This document shows, piece by piece, positions 1-11,359 of a stretch of 64,000 nt of DNA. Position numbers and translations under genes: made by a program. Source of the stretch: an uncultured Chloroflexia bacterium (GTDB taxonomy: Bacteria > Chloroflexota > Anaerolineae > Anaerolineales > RBG-16-64-43); the NCBI GenBank assembly GCA_963724345.1, contig CAVRUI010000001.1, positions 14,201 through 78,200 on the forward strand, given 5' to 3'. Under the pieces are notes generated by a model. That model had not been told where the DNA came from. It ran no database searches and saw only the letters and a program-made list of their open reading frames with translations. Position 1 is the first letter of the stretch. Every line of letters starts with the position of its first letter.

Positions 1-120
1 TGATATGCATAGAAAGTCTCCGCGTTATACCCTTAGGGCCGATCGGACCCTAAGGGTGCCATGGGATCTTGGATGCGAAGGATATCACGATTTTAATCTG
101 CGGCCGGGAAAACAATTCTC

Positions 121-223
121 ACCGCAAAGCCCGCCCTGGTGGGGCTGGGCCAGGGACGCAAAGGTCGCAAAGAATTTCTTAAATAATAATAAAAACTTTG
201 CGATCTTCGCGTCTTGGCGGTGA
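121..223. repeat. Imperfect palindromic intergenic repeat (CGCAAAG.../...CTTTGCG type)
   Basis: accgcaaag..acgcaaag..tcgcaaag, then an AT-rich spacer, then ctttgcg..cttcgcg..cttggcggt; same architecture as 49786-49857. Confidence 0.55.
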
Positions 224-236
224 AAAGGTTATAACG

Positions 237-1574
237 TTATCCGAAGATTCCGCTTGCCCGCGGCGTGTCATCCGGAACGGAGGGCGGCGGAGTATAGGCC
301 GCCGCGGGAGGCGCGGACGCCGGAGCCGGGCGCCTCGGGCGCCCGACGAAGAACGACAGCACGACCAATCCGAGACCCATGAACCCGAGCACGATCCCCT
401 CGCCGCCGGTGACGAGCGCATACCGGTGGGCGATGTACACCAGCACCCCGGCGCCGGTATCGAATGCGCCGGGCGAAACATACGCCGGAAGATTCTCCCG
501 CCCGAGCGAGATCACCACATCCAGCCCGACCCAAATGACGATCGCGGTCAGAACGACGCCAACTCCGGCCGCCAGGATCGGAATCCCCCACCAGCGCAGG
601 AAGCCCCGCCACGAACGCACCACCAGAAGCGTGACCAGGATCAGGATCCCGATGCACAGGATCGGGCTGAGGCGCACGATCACGCGCCCGATCTGCAGAA
701 TTTGCCGCGGCCCGATCGGCAGGCCGGATTGATCGAGATTTAGCGCCCCGCTGTTGCGCGCCTGCTCGAGGATATCCAGTTGGTCGGGTATTTGTTTGGC
801 GGCATCGGCCAGGGCGTTTGTAATTTGCGGTTCGACCATCGCCATCATTTCGTCGGGCGGCTTGCATTCCAGCATGCTGGACGGGTTGGAGGTATCCGGA
901 ACGTAATCGGCCGGGCAGGCGGGCAGGGCCTGGATGATCTGCATCATGGCATCCGTGCCGGCCGGGCCGGTCAGGCGCTTTTTAAAGTCCCGCATGTCGA
1001 TCGTGATGGATAGCGGGGCGCCGGGCGTATCGAGGATGTGGAATGCCTGTTTCAGGACGCTTTCCACCTGGTTCTGGAGCCAGTCCGCGGGAAGGAGCGT
1101 GCGCAGGATCGACCCCCACTGATCAATGCTCAGCACCTTGAAGAATTCCGGCGCGCCGCCCGTGCCGCCGGGATTGCCTCCCACGCCGCATTTCTCCATT
1201 GCGGAGATCTCCTGCTTGGTGGGCGCGCGCATTCCGCCGAGAATATCGCGGAAGGCCGGATCGCCGAGGTTCTCCATCGAACAGCTCTGGGCTTCCGGCC
1301 CCGCGTACTGCAGCGGATTGCCCCCGCCTTCCCAGGTCACACCTTCTCCGGCCGGGTGCAGGCTGGTGTAGATTTGTTCGGCGGCCAGGGAGGGCAGGCG
1401 GTCGTAAATCCGCTCGCGAACGAGCGCGTTCTGATACACACCGGGCGAAAGCAGCATGGAATCGGCGTTGACCAGCAATAGCACGAGGACGATCGTGACC
1501 AGGAAGGCCAGGCACAACAGGACCGCCAGCAGGCGGATCATGAAATTGATCAGCGCGCCAAGAAATTCGAACAT
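237..1574 (-). CDS. Hypothetical multi-pass membrane protein
   Basis: Start MFEFLG preceded by GGAGGG RBS; N-terminal TM, large extracellular region, 3 C-terminal TMs, Pro-rich tail. Confidence 0.75.
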   Translation of the reverse strand: MFEFLGALINFMIRLLAVLLCLAFLVTIVLVLLLVNADSMLLSPGVYQNALVRERIYDRLPSLAAEQIYTSLHPAGEGVTWEGGGNPLQYAGPEAQSCSMENLGDPAFRDILGGMRAPTKQEISAMEKCGVGGNPGGTGGAPEFFKVLSIDQWGSILRTLLPADWLQNQVESVLKQAFHILDTPGAPLSITIDMRDFKKRLTGPAGTDAMMQIIQALPACPADYVPDTSNPSSMLECKPPDEMMAMVEPQITNALADAAKQIPDQLDILEQARNSGALNLDQSGLPIGPRQILQIGRVIVRLSPILCIGILILVTLLVVRSWRGFLRWWGIPILAAGVGVVLTAIVIWVGLDVVISLGRENLPAYVSPGAFDTGAGVLVYIAHRYALVTGGEGIVLGFMGLGLVVLSFFVGRPRRPAPASAPPAAAYTPPPSVPDDTPRASGIFG

Positions 1575-1690
1575 GAACCCTCCACGGCCGCCGATATCCT
1601 TCGTGAAATCCGGCGGAGAATAAGGCAATTGTCCATCAATTCGGCGAGGATGTCCATCCCGGCTACGATCGCGCCGGCATGAAGATCACC

Positions 1691-1788
1691 TGTCATCCCG
1701 GCGCGATCGTAGCCTGCCCTCGCGGAGCATCCCCGCTTGGTTTTGGTTTCTAAGCGGGGATGGTTGCGAAGCGTGGGCCGGCATCCAA
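1691..1788. repeat. GTCATCCC...GGCATCCA palindromic repeat with nested CCTGCCCTCGCG hairpin
   Basis: tgtcatcccggcgcg...cctgccctcgcggagcatccccgc...gcggggatg...gccggcatcca; similar to copies near 22.3, 36.5, 41.7 and 56.7 kb. Confidence 0.65.
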
Positions 1789-1866
1789 TCCCGGTCCGGC
1801 TGCAGCTCAACAATCCATCGCGAACAGCTCGCCAGCATACCTCTCGGCATCAAGTGGCGCAACGCT

Positions 1867-2937
1867 TTATCCGCGCCAGCGGTGATAGAAGTAATTCAGG
1901 AGCGGCACGAACTCGCCGGTTGCCTTCCGGTTGCCGGCGGCAGTCGGATGGCTGTCGCCGTTCTCGGCGTAGGCGGAGAGGTTGCCCCCCTGATCGGCCG
2001 TGTATTCCACGAGCCCGTTGCGGATCCGGTGATGGTTGCCGCCGCCGGCATCCAGATCGTTGGTGTTCGGATCGCCGCCGTTGGAGGTCAGCACGTTGTA
2101 GAAATCGAATACGGCGACGTTGGTATGCGGGTACGACGCCAGCCACTCTTCGGCCAGCCAGCGGTTGAATGCCCGGGCATTGGCGGCCTGTTCGGGTGAG
2201 GATTCGAGAAGCGGCGGCGCGGTGATGACGATGAAGAGCTTGTCCGTGTGCGCGGAAAAATATTCCAGCAGGTCGGCGTAGATCCGCTTGGCGTTGGCGA
2301 CGGTGTGATATCCGGATCCGCTGTCCATGCCCTGAAGCGGATTTTCACCGGATGTGGGCGGATCGCCGGGATTGCCCTCCAGCGCGGAGTTGGGGAAACA
2401 GGACTTGAACATCACGATTTCGTTTTCGCCGCCGGGATCGCTCTCCCGCCGCGCGTATTCCGCATGCGGTTCGCTCTCAGCGTAGACGGCTTGCATGATG
2501 GCCCCGCTCGACGGCCCGAGGAACCAGTTCCACCACTGGCCGATGTCGGTGTGATCGCCGATCACGCTGCCGATTGAAGGAGTTTCCGGGCCCCAGCCGT
2601 AGTTGGTGTCGCTGACAAAGTAGTTGTTATCCGCCAGGGCCTGCCCCAATCCGCCGCTCCAGTCCGCCAGCCAGTTTTCGCCGCTGGAGTGGTGGATGAA
2701 AATCAGTTTGACGGTCTCCGCGGGAGGGGATGAGTTGATCCAGTCGGAACCCTGCGGGGATTCGGGGGAATTCTCCACCGGCATCTCCGTCGCATCGGCG
2801 GGCGTGTTTTCCATGGAAACGGCAGGTTCGGGAGTTTCGGCGGATGGACTGGATCGACCATCGGTACCGACAGGCGGTTGGAAATTACACGCCGGGAGAA
2901 GAACCAGGACGATGGGGATTAATCGCATCCAGCGCAT
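1867..2937 (-). CDS. Lipoprotein, SGNH/GDSL-like hydrolase fold
   Basis: GGAGG RBS; lipobox LLPAC; Pro/Thr linker; FIHHSSG, FKSCFP and C-terminal DSHP motifs. Confidence 0.65.
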   Translation of the reverse strand: MRWMRLIPIVLVLLPACNFQPPVGTDGRSSPSAETPEPAVSMENTPADATEMPVENSPESPQGSDWINSSPPAETVKLIFIHHSSGENWLADWSGGLGQALADNNYFVSDTNYGWGPETPSIGSVIGDHTDIGQWWNWFLGPSSGAIMQAVYAESEPHAEYARRESDPGGENEIVMFKSCFPNSALEGNPGDPPTSGENPLQGMDSGSGYHTVANAKRIYADLLEYFSAHTDKLFIVITAPPLLESSPEQAANARAFNRWLAEEWLASYPHTNVAVFDFYNVLTSNGGDPNTNDLDAGGGNHHRIRNGLVEYTADQGGNLSAYAENGDSHPTAAGNRKATGEFVPLLNYFYHRWRG

Positions 2938-3062
2938 GCGGCCTCCAAGGTGATGAATGTTCCGATTATATACGCGAACTGTCACCCCCTATCCCTGGGG
3001 CTTCATACTATAATGAAATCCCAACAGTTGCCGCCACCCCCAGGGTCAAGGAAGATAAAACG

Positions 3063-6000
3063 ATGGGAATGGATTCCGACAGCGCTCCGCGCCCCGCCGA
3101 CATCTCCACTTGCGAATCCGTCCCGATCCTGCGGCCCCGTCCGGCGGGAAAGCGCCGCAGCCAGTTCCGAATCCTCGTCTTTTCGCTGATAACCGCCGCC
3201 GGTTTCGCCTCCCCGGCCGCTGCAACTTCTCCCGCCTGGGCGGCACCGCGGCTCACCCCGGGCGTGATCGATCCGCCGACCGTCAGCTTGAATGTTCCGG
3301 CAACGGCGATGATCGGTTCAAACGTTATCTTCACCGCATCCTTCGATAACAACGATCCGGAGAACGAAACCGGATACGGCCCATTCCTGGAATTGATCAT
3401 CCCGCGCACCGGGGCGGACGGCGCAGGCGCGGCGACGGACGACGGGCTGGGAACGACCACGATCTCCGCCACGATCTTTGGAAATCCCATCCCGGCGCGG
3501 GATTTCTACCGGGTGACCTTCAACGCGGGCGGAACGGCAACCCACCCGATCGCCCGCAATGCGGCCGGCACCCTCATCACCGTCAGCGGAACGCCCGGCG
3601 ACGAACTGGTGGTCATCCGCCTGCCGTTCGGCAGTTTCTCGCCGGACCAGCCGCCCGCAACGGTGGCGATGACGGTCAACATGAGCAACCTCGCCGATCT
3701 CGGTTACGGGCTCGCCATCCGGGCGCGCGGCGGGTACGAGTTCGGGTTTACGCCGCTGGATGATTGGTGCTGCGGCGACCCGGCCAGTGCGACGCTGAGC
3801 GGCTACACCTCCGGATCGGTCACCCCGACTCTGCTCACGCTCGCCAAAGCCTACGCCGGCCCGGCGGACGTCTCCGCCGAGACGGCGACCGGTCCGAATT
3901 ACCCGCGGCAATACTCGGTCACGGTGGACATCGCCCAGGGCCAAACGATCACCGATCTGCGCATCACCGACCAACTGCCCAATAACCTGGAATACGTCGG
4001 ATTGGATTCGGCCACTCCGGGATACATCCTGGAAGACCAGCCTTTGGCCGGCGGGGCCCGCAATCCGCCCGATAACGACCTGATCCTGCGCTGGGCGTCG
4101 GTCACCGGCGGCGCGGGAACCACCGACGCCGCGGCGGCGTTCTCCTTTATTGTGCCGCGCGACGACGCCGACGGCGCGCGGGTGATCGATCCCGCCGGCG
4201 GCGTCGCGGTATCCTCCTGCAACAACGCCCTGGCGTCCGGGTCGTGGACTCCGATCGATGCGCGCGATGCCGTCCAGGCCGTCTCCATCGATCCGCCCGG
4301 CTGCGAGCATACGCTCATCGACCGTTCGCTCGCCGTGCAGAAAAGCCACGCCAATATCACCGACGGCAGCAACTCGCCCGGCGACCGGATCGATTACACG
4401 CTGGAGATCCAGGTCTCGGATTTCTTCGCCTTCGACCAGGTCGTCCTCACCGATATCCTTTCGGACGGCCAGCACTTCGACGTCGACCCGGCTTTCCCGC
4501 CCACCCTGGAGGTGAACGGGAACGGATATGCTCTGGCGGCAGCCGCCTTCGCCCCCGCCAACTTCACGGTTGATACTTCGCGGATCGACCTGACCGACGG
4601 GCCGCCGCCTCCACTGGTGGAAAATCCGGCGACCGACGGCACCACCCTTTTGACTTTCCGCGTCTCCGACGAGATCATCACCCGCGGCCAGAACGGGCGG
4701 ATGGTCGGCGGCTGCGTGAATCCGGCCGGCGGCACCCCCAACCCCGATTGCTCCTACAACGACGGCGGAACCACCGCGGTCATCCATTTCTACGCCATCA
4801 TCCAGGAAAGCTTCACCGATAACTATCCTTCGGGAGATTGGAGCGTCGATCAGGGGGACGAATTTAACAACAACGCCATGATCGACGGGCGCCTGCTCGA
4901 TACCGATTTGTTCACCCCCGGGCCGAATGTCACCGACGACGCGGCGGAAACCTTTGCCATTGGAACCGGGTCGCTCACCAAGCGGATCTATGCCATCAAC
5001 GGCAGCACCTCCTTCTCCACGCCGGCCCGGATCCAGCCCGGCGATTCGGTCACCTACCGCATCACCTACGTGATGCCGACCAGCGACGAGGAAAACCTCG
5101 AGTTCGCCGATTACATGCCGAAACCCATTTTCTTCGTCGCGGATCCCGACGCCGACGACTCCCCGGCGCATGGCAACGGGCCAGCCTGGGGATTCGATCC
5201 GGTCGGGCAGAGCGGGCAGCCGGCCGTGATACCCGCCGCCGGGCGCGCCAACTTCGGTCCGTCGGACACTTTTTATGATTATTCGGGGATCGTCCCCGCC
5301 CTCAGCGCGAACGCCGCCAACAACCGGCTGGGCTTTTTCTACGGAGACTTCGACGATCCGCGCAGCCAATCCACTACGGTCGATATCCTCTTCACCGTCA
5401 CGGTCGCGACCGAGCCGTTCGCCGACAGCATGTACCTGACCAACCAGGCGCATGCGATCGAAGGCAGCACCAACGCCGGCGAGGTCGGAGCGGATTCCAT
5501 CGTCCAATTGATCCTGACCGAACCGGTTCTCTCCTCGACCAAGGGCGTGGTCTGGACGAGCAATCCCGACAACGTGTTCACCCCGGCCGGCCGCGGGCCG
5601 GCGGGCATTACTTTCCTGGCGCCGGGTTCGGCGCCGCGCTGGAGCGGGACGATCCGCTCCGGGCCGCCCGGCGGCCTGCGCGGCAACCCGATCAACAGCA
5701 ACGTGCGGGACGTGGACGCCGGCGATACGGTGACCTTCGCGATCACGATCGAAAATACCGGCACCAGTCTGAAGGGCGCCTTCGACCTTCAGATCCGCGA
5801 CCTCCTCCAGACTCAATATCAGATTCCCGGCACGGGATTGAACCTTCAGGTGTATTACGGCAACGGCACCGGGCCGATCGCATACACCGGTATCGCCGCG
5901 CCGGGGGATTGCACCGGCTCCTGGCCCGGCGATCCCTGCGGACCGGATGGCACGGCCGATACCGCCGACGACCTTTTCGGCTGGGGAATCGAGCTGATCG

Positions 6001-9000
6001 ATCCGGTCGGGTCGGGCGTGTGCCAGGCGCACGACCCGAACCTGGGGAACAACGTCATCCTCATCACCTACGATCTGGAGATCCGCACCGGCGTGGCGCC
6101 CGGCAACATCATCAACACCGAGACGCTGATCCGTTATGCCGGCGAGGAGGGCGGGCCGAACCACGTGCCGACTCCCTCGCCGGAGACCGACCAGGCCACC
6201 GCCACGATCAGCGGCGCGCCGGTCAAATATATTGTCGGCACCTCGGAACCGCACACCGGTTTTTCGGGCGTGGAGCAGGCGGCGATCGGCGAAATCATCC
6301 GCTACCGGATCGTCGCGCGCATCCCGGAAAGCACCAGCGTCAATTTCCAATTCCGCGATCTTCTGCCGAACGGGCTGATCTTCCTCGATGACGGCACGGC
6401 GCGCGTGGCTTTCGTTTCCAATGGGGGGATTGCCTCCCTGGGTCGTGATAGTGTTCCCGCCATACCGAATGGGTGCAACCTTGCCGGCACTGCGGCGAAT
6501 GCGACCACCCCGGCGGTTCTCCCTTGTGCGCTGGATGATTGGAACTCCGGGAGCAGCAACAGCACGACCGCCGATCCGGATGCCTATGGCGCGGGGACCG
6601 ATGTGTATTTCAAGCTCGGCGATCTTGCCAATTCCGACCTGGACGACGACGGCGAATTCGTCGTCGTGGAATTCAACGCGCTCGTGCACAACCTGAGCGG
6701 CGCTCAGCAGAACGACTCGGGGGAAAATCTCGACAACAGCGTGCGCGCCTATGCCGGCGTCCCGCCGGTTCAAATCGGCAACGATTTGCCCGCGCTGCGC
6801 GTCCGGGTGGTGGAGCCGTTCCTGACCCTCGACAAAACCCACTCCGCCCTGGGCATCACGGTGGATGCGGGCGATACGGTCACCTACTCGGCGACGATCA
6901 CCAACGACGGCAGCGCGCCGACCAACAGCACCGCCTCCGCCTTCGACGTGGACTTCACGGACACTCCCCCGGCGGCATATTTGACATTGAACCTGGCATC
7001 CGTCGGCGTGTCGGCGACAGGCGGAGCGACGGGTGTGGTGAATGCTTCATCCGGCAATACCGTTCACTATCACCGATCGGGTCCATGCCGGTCGGGAGCC
7101 AGGTGATCATCACGTATCAGGCCGCGGTTTCCATGAACGCCACCCCCGGCCAGACGATCGACAACGATGCCGAGGTGCTCTGGACATCGCTGCCCGGTCC
7201 GCGGGGGACGGGCGATCAGACCCCCGGCCTGCCCGGGACGGGAACCGGGGAGCGCGACGGCTCGAACGGCCCGGCGGGGAACCCCAACGATTACGACCGG
7301 ACGGATATCGCCACGCTTGATATCCGCGATCCCATGTTCAGTAAATCCGTGGAAAGCACCTCCGCCGTGCACACGGCTGGGAACAACCTGGCCATCGGGG
7401 AAGTGGCCACCTTCGGGTTGCTGGTTACCCTTCCGGAGGGAACCACACCCACTCTGCAAGTCTTGGACGATCTGCCGGCCGGGCTCGCGTATGTCGATGG
7501 TTCGATGCAAATTATCACCCAAACCAATCCGCCGGCGACCTGCGGAAGCCTGAGCGCTGATTTCAACGGGACGCTTCCGGTCCCGGTTCTGACGATTACA
7601 CCCCCCGGCGGCGGCAGCGGCGCCAACCTGACCTTCGATTTCGGCGCCGTCACCGTCGCGGGCGATAATGTCGCCGGCAACAATTCCTTCCTGATCTGTT
7701 TCCAGGCGGTTCTCCTGAATGAATCCGGCAGCCAGGCCTCGCCGCCGCCGCTGACCAATACCGGAACCCTCTTCATCGGCCTGGATACCTTCACCGACAG
7801 CGAGGACCTCGCCGTCGTAGAGCCGACTCTGCGGATCGCCAAATCGGTCGATGACCCGAACCCCGCGCCCGGACAGGTCGTCACCTTCACCGTCGTGGTG
7901 GACCATGCCCCCGCCAGCGGCGCCACCGCCTTCGACGTCGAAATCTCCGACATGCTGCCCGCGGATCTGGCGCTGGACCTTGGGTCGGTTTCCTATGCCG
8001 CCTCCGGCGGATTAACGGGCATATACAACGGCTCGATCGGAAACCTGATGTTCTTCTCGGTGACGGAATTTCCCGCCGGGGGAAGCCTCACCATCACATA
8101 CCAGGCGATAGTGACCGCGCCCTTCGGCACGACGGTCAACAATACCGCCAACACCACCTGGAGCTCGCTGCCCGGCCTGAACGCCAACGAACGGACCGGC
8201 GCCGACGGGCCGGGCGGGGCGCTCAACGATTACGCCGCCTCCAGCAGTGCCCCGCTGAACACGGACCGCGACCTGGTTAAATCGCTGATCGCCGACAGCC
8301 ACCCGGCCCCGGTCACCGCGCTTCCGGATGTGTCGATCGGGGAAATTCTGACCTACCAACTGGTCCTCACCATCCCGCCGTCGTCCACCGACACGTATGC
8401 CGTCATCGACACGCTGGATTCGGGACTCGCGTTTGTGGATTGCGAAGACATCACCGGCGGCGCCGACCTGACCAGCTCGGCCATCAGCCTGAATACCGCC
8501 GGCAACTGCACCCCCGGCGGCGGACCCGGCGGCAATCCGCTCATCACCGGCTCGGGCGGGACGGTGGCATTCGATTTCGGCACGATCACGAACGCCCACG
8601 CGACCAATCCCGAGAGCATCACCATCCGCTACCGCGTCGTCGTCCTCGACACAACGGCCAACATCCGCGAGGTCACCCTGGCCAACGATGCGTTGATGCA
8701 ATGGTCGAGCGGAAGCATCCGCCGGCAGACGGCTCCGGTGCGGATCATCGAATCCGATTTGGGGCTGGAAAAAACCGTCGACCGGCCCTCGGCGGTCCCG
8801 TGGATGGTGGTGACCTACCGGATCCGGATCTTCCATACCACGGCCAGCCAGCTGGCGGCCTATGACGCCGTCATCAACGACATTCTGCCGGACGACCTGA
8901 CGTACGTGCCGGGATCGCTGAGCTTTGTACCCGGAAGCGGCGTAGCGCCCACTTTGTTGGACGATACCGCCATCGATCCAGGCACCGGTAATCTTGTCAT

Positions 9001-9769
9001 GCACGCCGAATGGGATGCGCTTCCGCTCGGTCAGGAAGCCGCGATCCAATTCCAAGTCACCTTCGGCCCGATCCCGGCCGGCTCCAGCGTGGTCAACACG
9101 GCCAGCGCGGAATGGACCAGCCTGCCGGGGGATGTGCCTGCGCCCCCCAGCACGTATCTCTCGGTTTTCAACCAGCCCTATTCCCACGAGCGGCGGTACG
9201 ATCCGCTTAACCCGGCCGATATCTACCGGGTCACCTCAGCCGCAACTGTCGGCCTGCTTTCCCTTCCGGAGACGGGTTTCGCGCCGGATCGGGTGACCGG
9301 CCTGCCCGCTCAGCCGGCCGGAAAACAGTACACCAAGCTGGGCGACCTGCGGCTGTACATCCCGCGGTTGGATAAAAATCTGCTGGTGGTCGGTGTGCCG
9401 ATTGCAAAGGACGGATGGGATCTGACCTGGCTGTGGGACCAGGCCGGGTATCTGGAAGGGACGGCGTTCCCCGGAACGGCCGGCAACTCCGTCATCACGG
9501 CGCATGTCTACCTGCCGAGCGGATTGCCCGGCCCGTTCGCGAACCTGAATACGCTGCGCTGGGGGGACCGGATTTTCCTTACGATCAACGGGCAGCGCTA
9601 CATCTATGAAGTGCGCACCAACTCCAGCGTCTCGCCCGCCGATACCTCGCCCTTCCGCCATGAGGAGACACCCTGGCTGACGCTCGTCACCTGCCTCGGA
9701 TACGATCCGCGGACCGAGACCTACCGTTACCGCCAGGTCGCGCGGGCGGTGTTGATAGAGATCCGATAA
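3063..9769 (+). CDS. Giant secreted isopeptide-forming/DUF11-repeat adhesin fused to LPETG and a C-terminal sortase (frameshift near 7065-7080)
   Basis: ORFs 2844-7106 and 6539-9769 join as ...GNTVTITIGSMPVGS if 2 single bases are removed; signal peptide; repeated K..GD.VTY.(I/L)...D.LP modules; LPETG at 9263-9277; sortase ITAH (His 9503), TLVTC (Cys 9692), downstream Arg. Confidence 0.85.
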
Positions 9770-10140
9770 CCCGCCCCCTCCTTTTTCCTCCCCCATTTGC
9801 TTCGTTACCGATGAATTTACAATAATCATTCCTTCTTTTTTCACGAAGCAAATGGGGGAGGATTGGGAGGGAAAAGAAAACAGGGAACGTGACTTTTGGG
9901 GGGAAGAGGAAACGACCGCCACCCTGCATCCAACGCCATCTTTCAAACAAACCCCATCGTTAACCCTCCCCTCAAGTGCACGTCTCCCCATTTGCCCGAC
10001 TAGCCGGTAATGCTTTCATAGATTTGTTGTCGGGCAAATGGGGAGACCACAGAGGGGAGGGTTATGCGTATTCTAAATGGTGGTAAAAATGGAACACGAT
10101 GCAAACGGGATTCCATCCGTTTCTTGAGTGAGGTTTTTTC

Positions 10141-10560
10141 ATGAGCGTTCAAACCTATCCCATCCGCCTTTCCACCAACGGCCAAACCGAAGTCCGCGAC
10201 ATCACCGGCGCGGTCCATGAAGTGATCGCCCGCAGCGAACTCGCGTCGGGAACGGCGACAATATTTTGTCCGTCTTCGACCAGCGGGCTGACGACGATCG
10301 AATACGAGCCGGGCTGCGTGGCGGACCTGCGGAGGATGTTCGAGGAGATGATTCCTTCGGCGCGCGAGTATGCCCACAACGCGACGTGGGACGACGGCAA
10401 CGGGCATTCGCACCTGCGCGCGGCGCTGCTTGGCCCCTCCCTGACCGTCCCCTTCAGCGCGGGGAGGATGACGCTCGGGACATGGCAGCAGATCATCTAC
10501 GTCGATTTTGACATCCGTCCACGCAAGCGTGAGTTGATCGTCCAGGTGATGGGAGAATAA
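10141..10560 (+). CDS. yjbQ: YjbQ/UPF0047 family protein (secondary thiamine-phosphate synthase)
   Basis: NGHSHLRAALLGPS and LGTWQQI...DFD motifs; GAGG RBS. Confidence 0.9.
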   Translation: MSVQTYPIRLSTNGQTEVRDITGAVHEVIARSELASGTATIFCPSSTSGLTTIEYEPGCVADLRRMFEEMIPSAREYAHNATWDDGNGHSHLRAALLGPSLTVPFSAGRMTLGTWQQIIYVDFDIRPRKRELIVQVMGE

Positions 10561-10595
10561 CCGATACCATCCTCATCCCTATCCCCCAACCCCTT

Positions 10596-10624
10596 GTAGG
10601 GGCGACCCAATGGGTCGCCCCTAC
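10596..10624. repeat. GTAG-type REP palindrome
   Basis: gtaggggcgacccaatgggtcgcccctac; identical copy at 51386-51414. Confidence 0.85.
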
Positions 10625-10691
10625 AGCGAAGGGGATCAGGAAATAAAAACGCCCGGATTGCTCCGGGCGATTATTTTAAGGATGCCGCCGC

Positions 10692-11228
10692 TCAAGGAAT
10701 CGGCGTCATGTAGATGAAGTAATTCCCCGCCCAGCAGTTGATATCCGCGCCCTGAAAATCCGGCTGCCTTTCGGTCAGTTTTATTTCGATCAGCGAGTTG
10801 CTGCATTTCAACTGGTCCGAAGACGTCTGGACGACATCCACCTTGGCGGATGTGTAAGCGCCGGGCACGCCGTCCGGGTAATACCACGCGAACACGGTGT
10901 AGGTTCCCATCGGCAGTCCGGAAATCTTATAGGTTGTCTGGTCGAGGGGTATTTCCGTAAAGAAGACCAGAGCGGTGGTTTTCTGGCGCGCATACATGCG
11001 GATGGCTGTGGCCGGTTGCGCCACCGGCGGCGGTTTGATGGTTCCGGAGATCGAACCAAGCGGGCCGGAGGGAGTCTCGGTTGGGACCGCGATTTCGGGC
11101 GTGGAGGTGGCCACGGTTTGCGTATCCGACTGGAGCGCAACCGTCGGGGTGACCGGGGTGGATTGCCCGCCGCAGGAGGCGGCCGCCAGAGCGAGCAAGG
11201 CAAGCATTGGGAATGCGGCAGACCTCAT
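10692..11228 (-). CDS. Hypothetical lipoprotein
   Basis: AGGAGA RBS; lipobox LAAASC; Thr/Pro linker; GSISGTI beta-sandwich-like start. Confidence 0.7.
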   Translation of the reverse strand: MRSAAFPMLALLALAAASCGGQSTPVTPTVALQSDTQTVATSTPEIAVPTETPSGPLGSISGTIKPPPVAQPATAIRMYARQKTTALVFFTEIPLDQTTYKISGLPMGTYTVFAWYYPDGVPGAYTSAKVDVVQTSSDQLKCSNSLIEIKLTERQPDFQGADINCWAGNYFIYMTPIP

Positions 11229-11359
11229 GGATTTCTCCTTCAGGTATTCCATCAGATGGGATCGGCTGCCTTCGATCGAACCGGGCAACCGGCGGATATT
11301 TTATCATCCTCCGGGGCAATTATCCCGATCCCGGGGACAAATCCGCGGAATATCCGGTG

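Noticed and set aside
121-175. c-di-GMP-I riboswitch (GGGACGCAAAG)
   Set aside because: The GAAA tetraloop/P2-P3 layout is missing, the sequence lies at a gene 3' end, and it fits the palindromic repeat class.
3318-6842. 1174-aa antisense ORF (also 37707-40445, 41832-43637, 51725-54091, 60269-62038 and others)
   Set aside because: Shadow ORFs of high-GC genes on the opposite strand; no motifs or RBS.
7060-7085. Programmed frameshift controlling the sortase fusion
   Set aside because: No slippery heptamer or homopolymer; two separate single-base insertions fit the window-wide error pattern.
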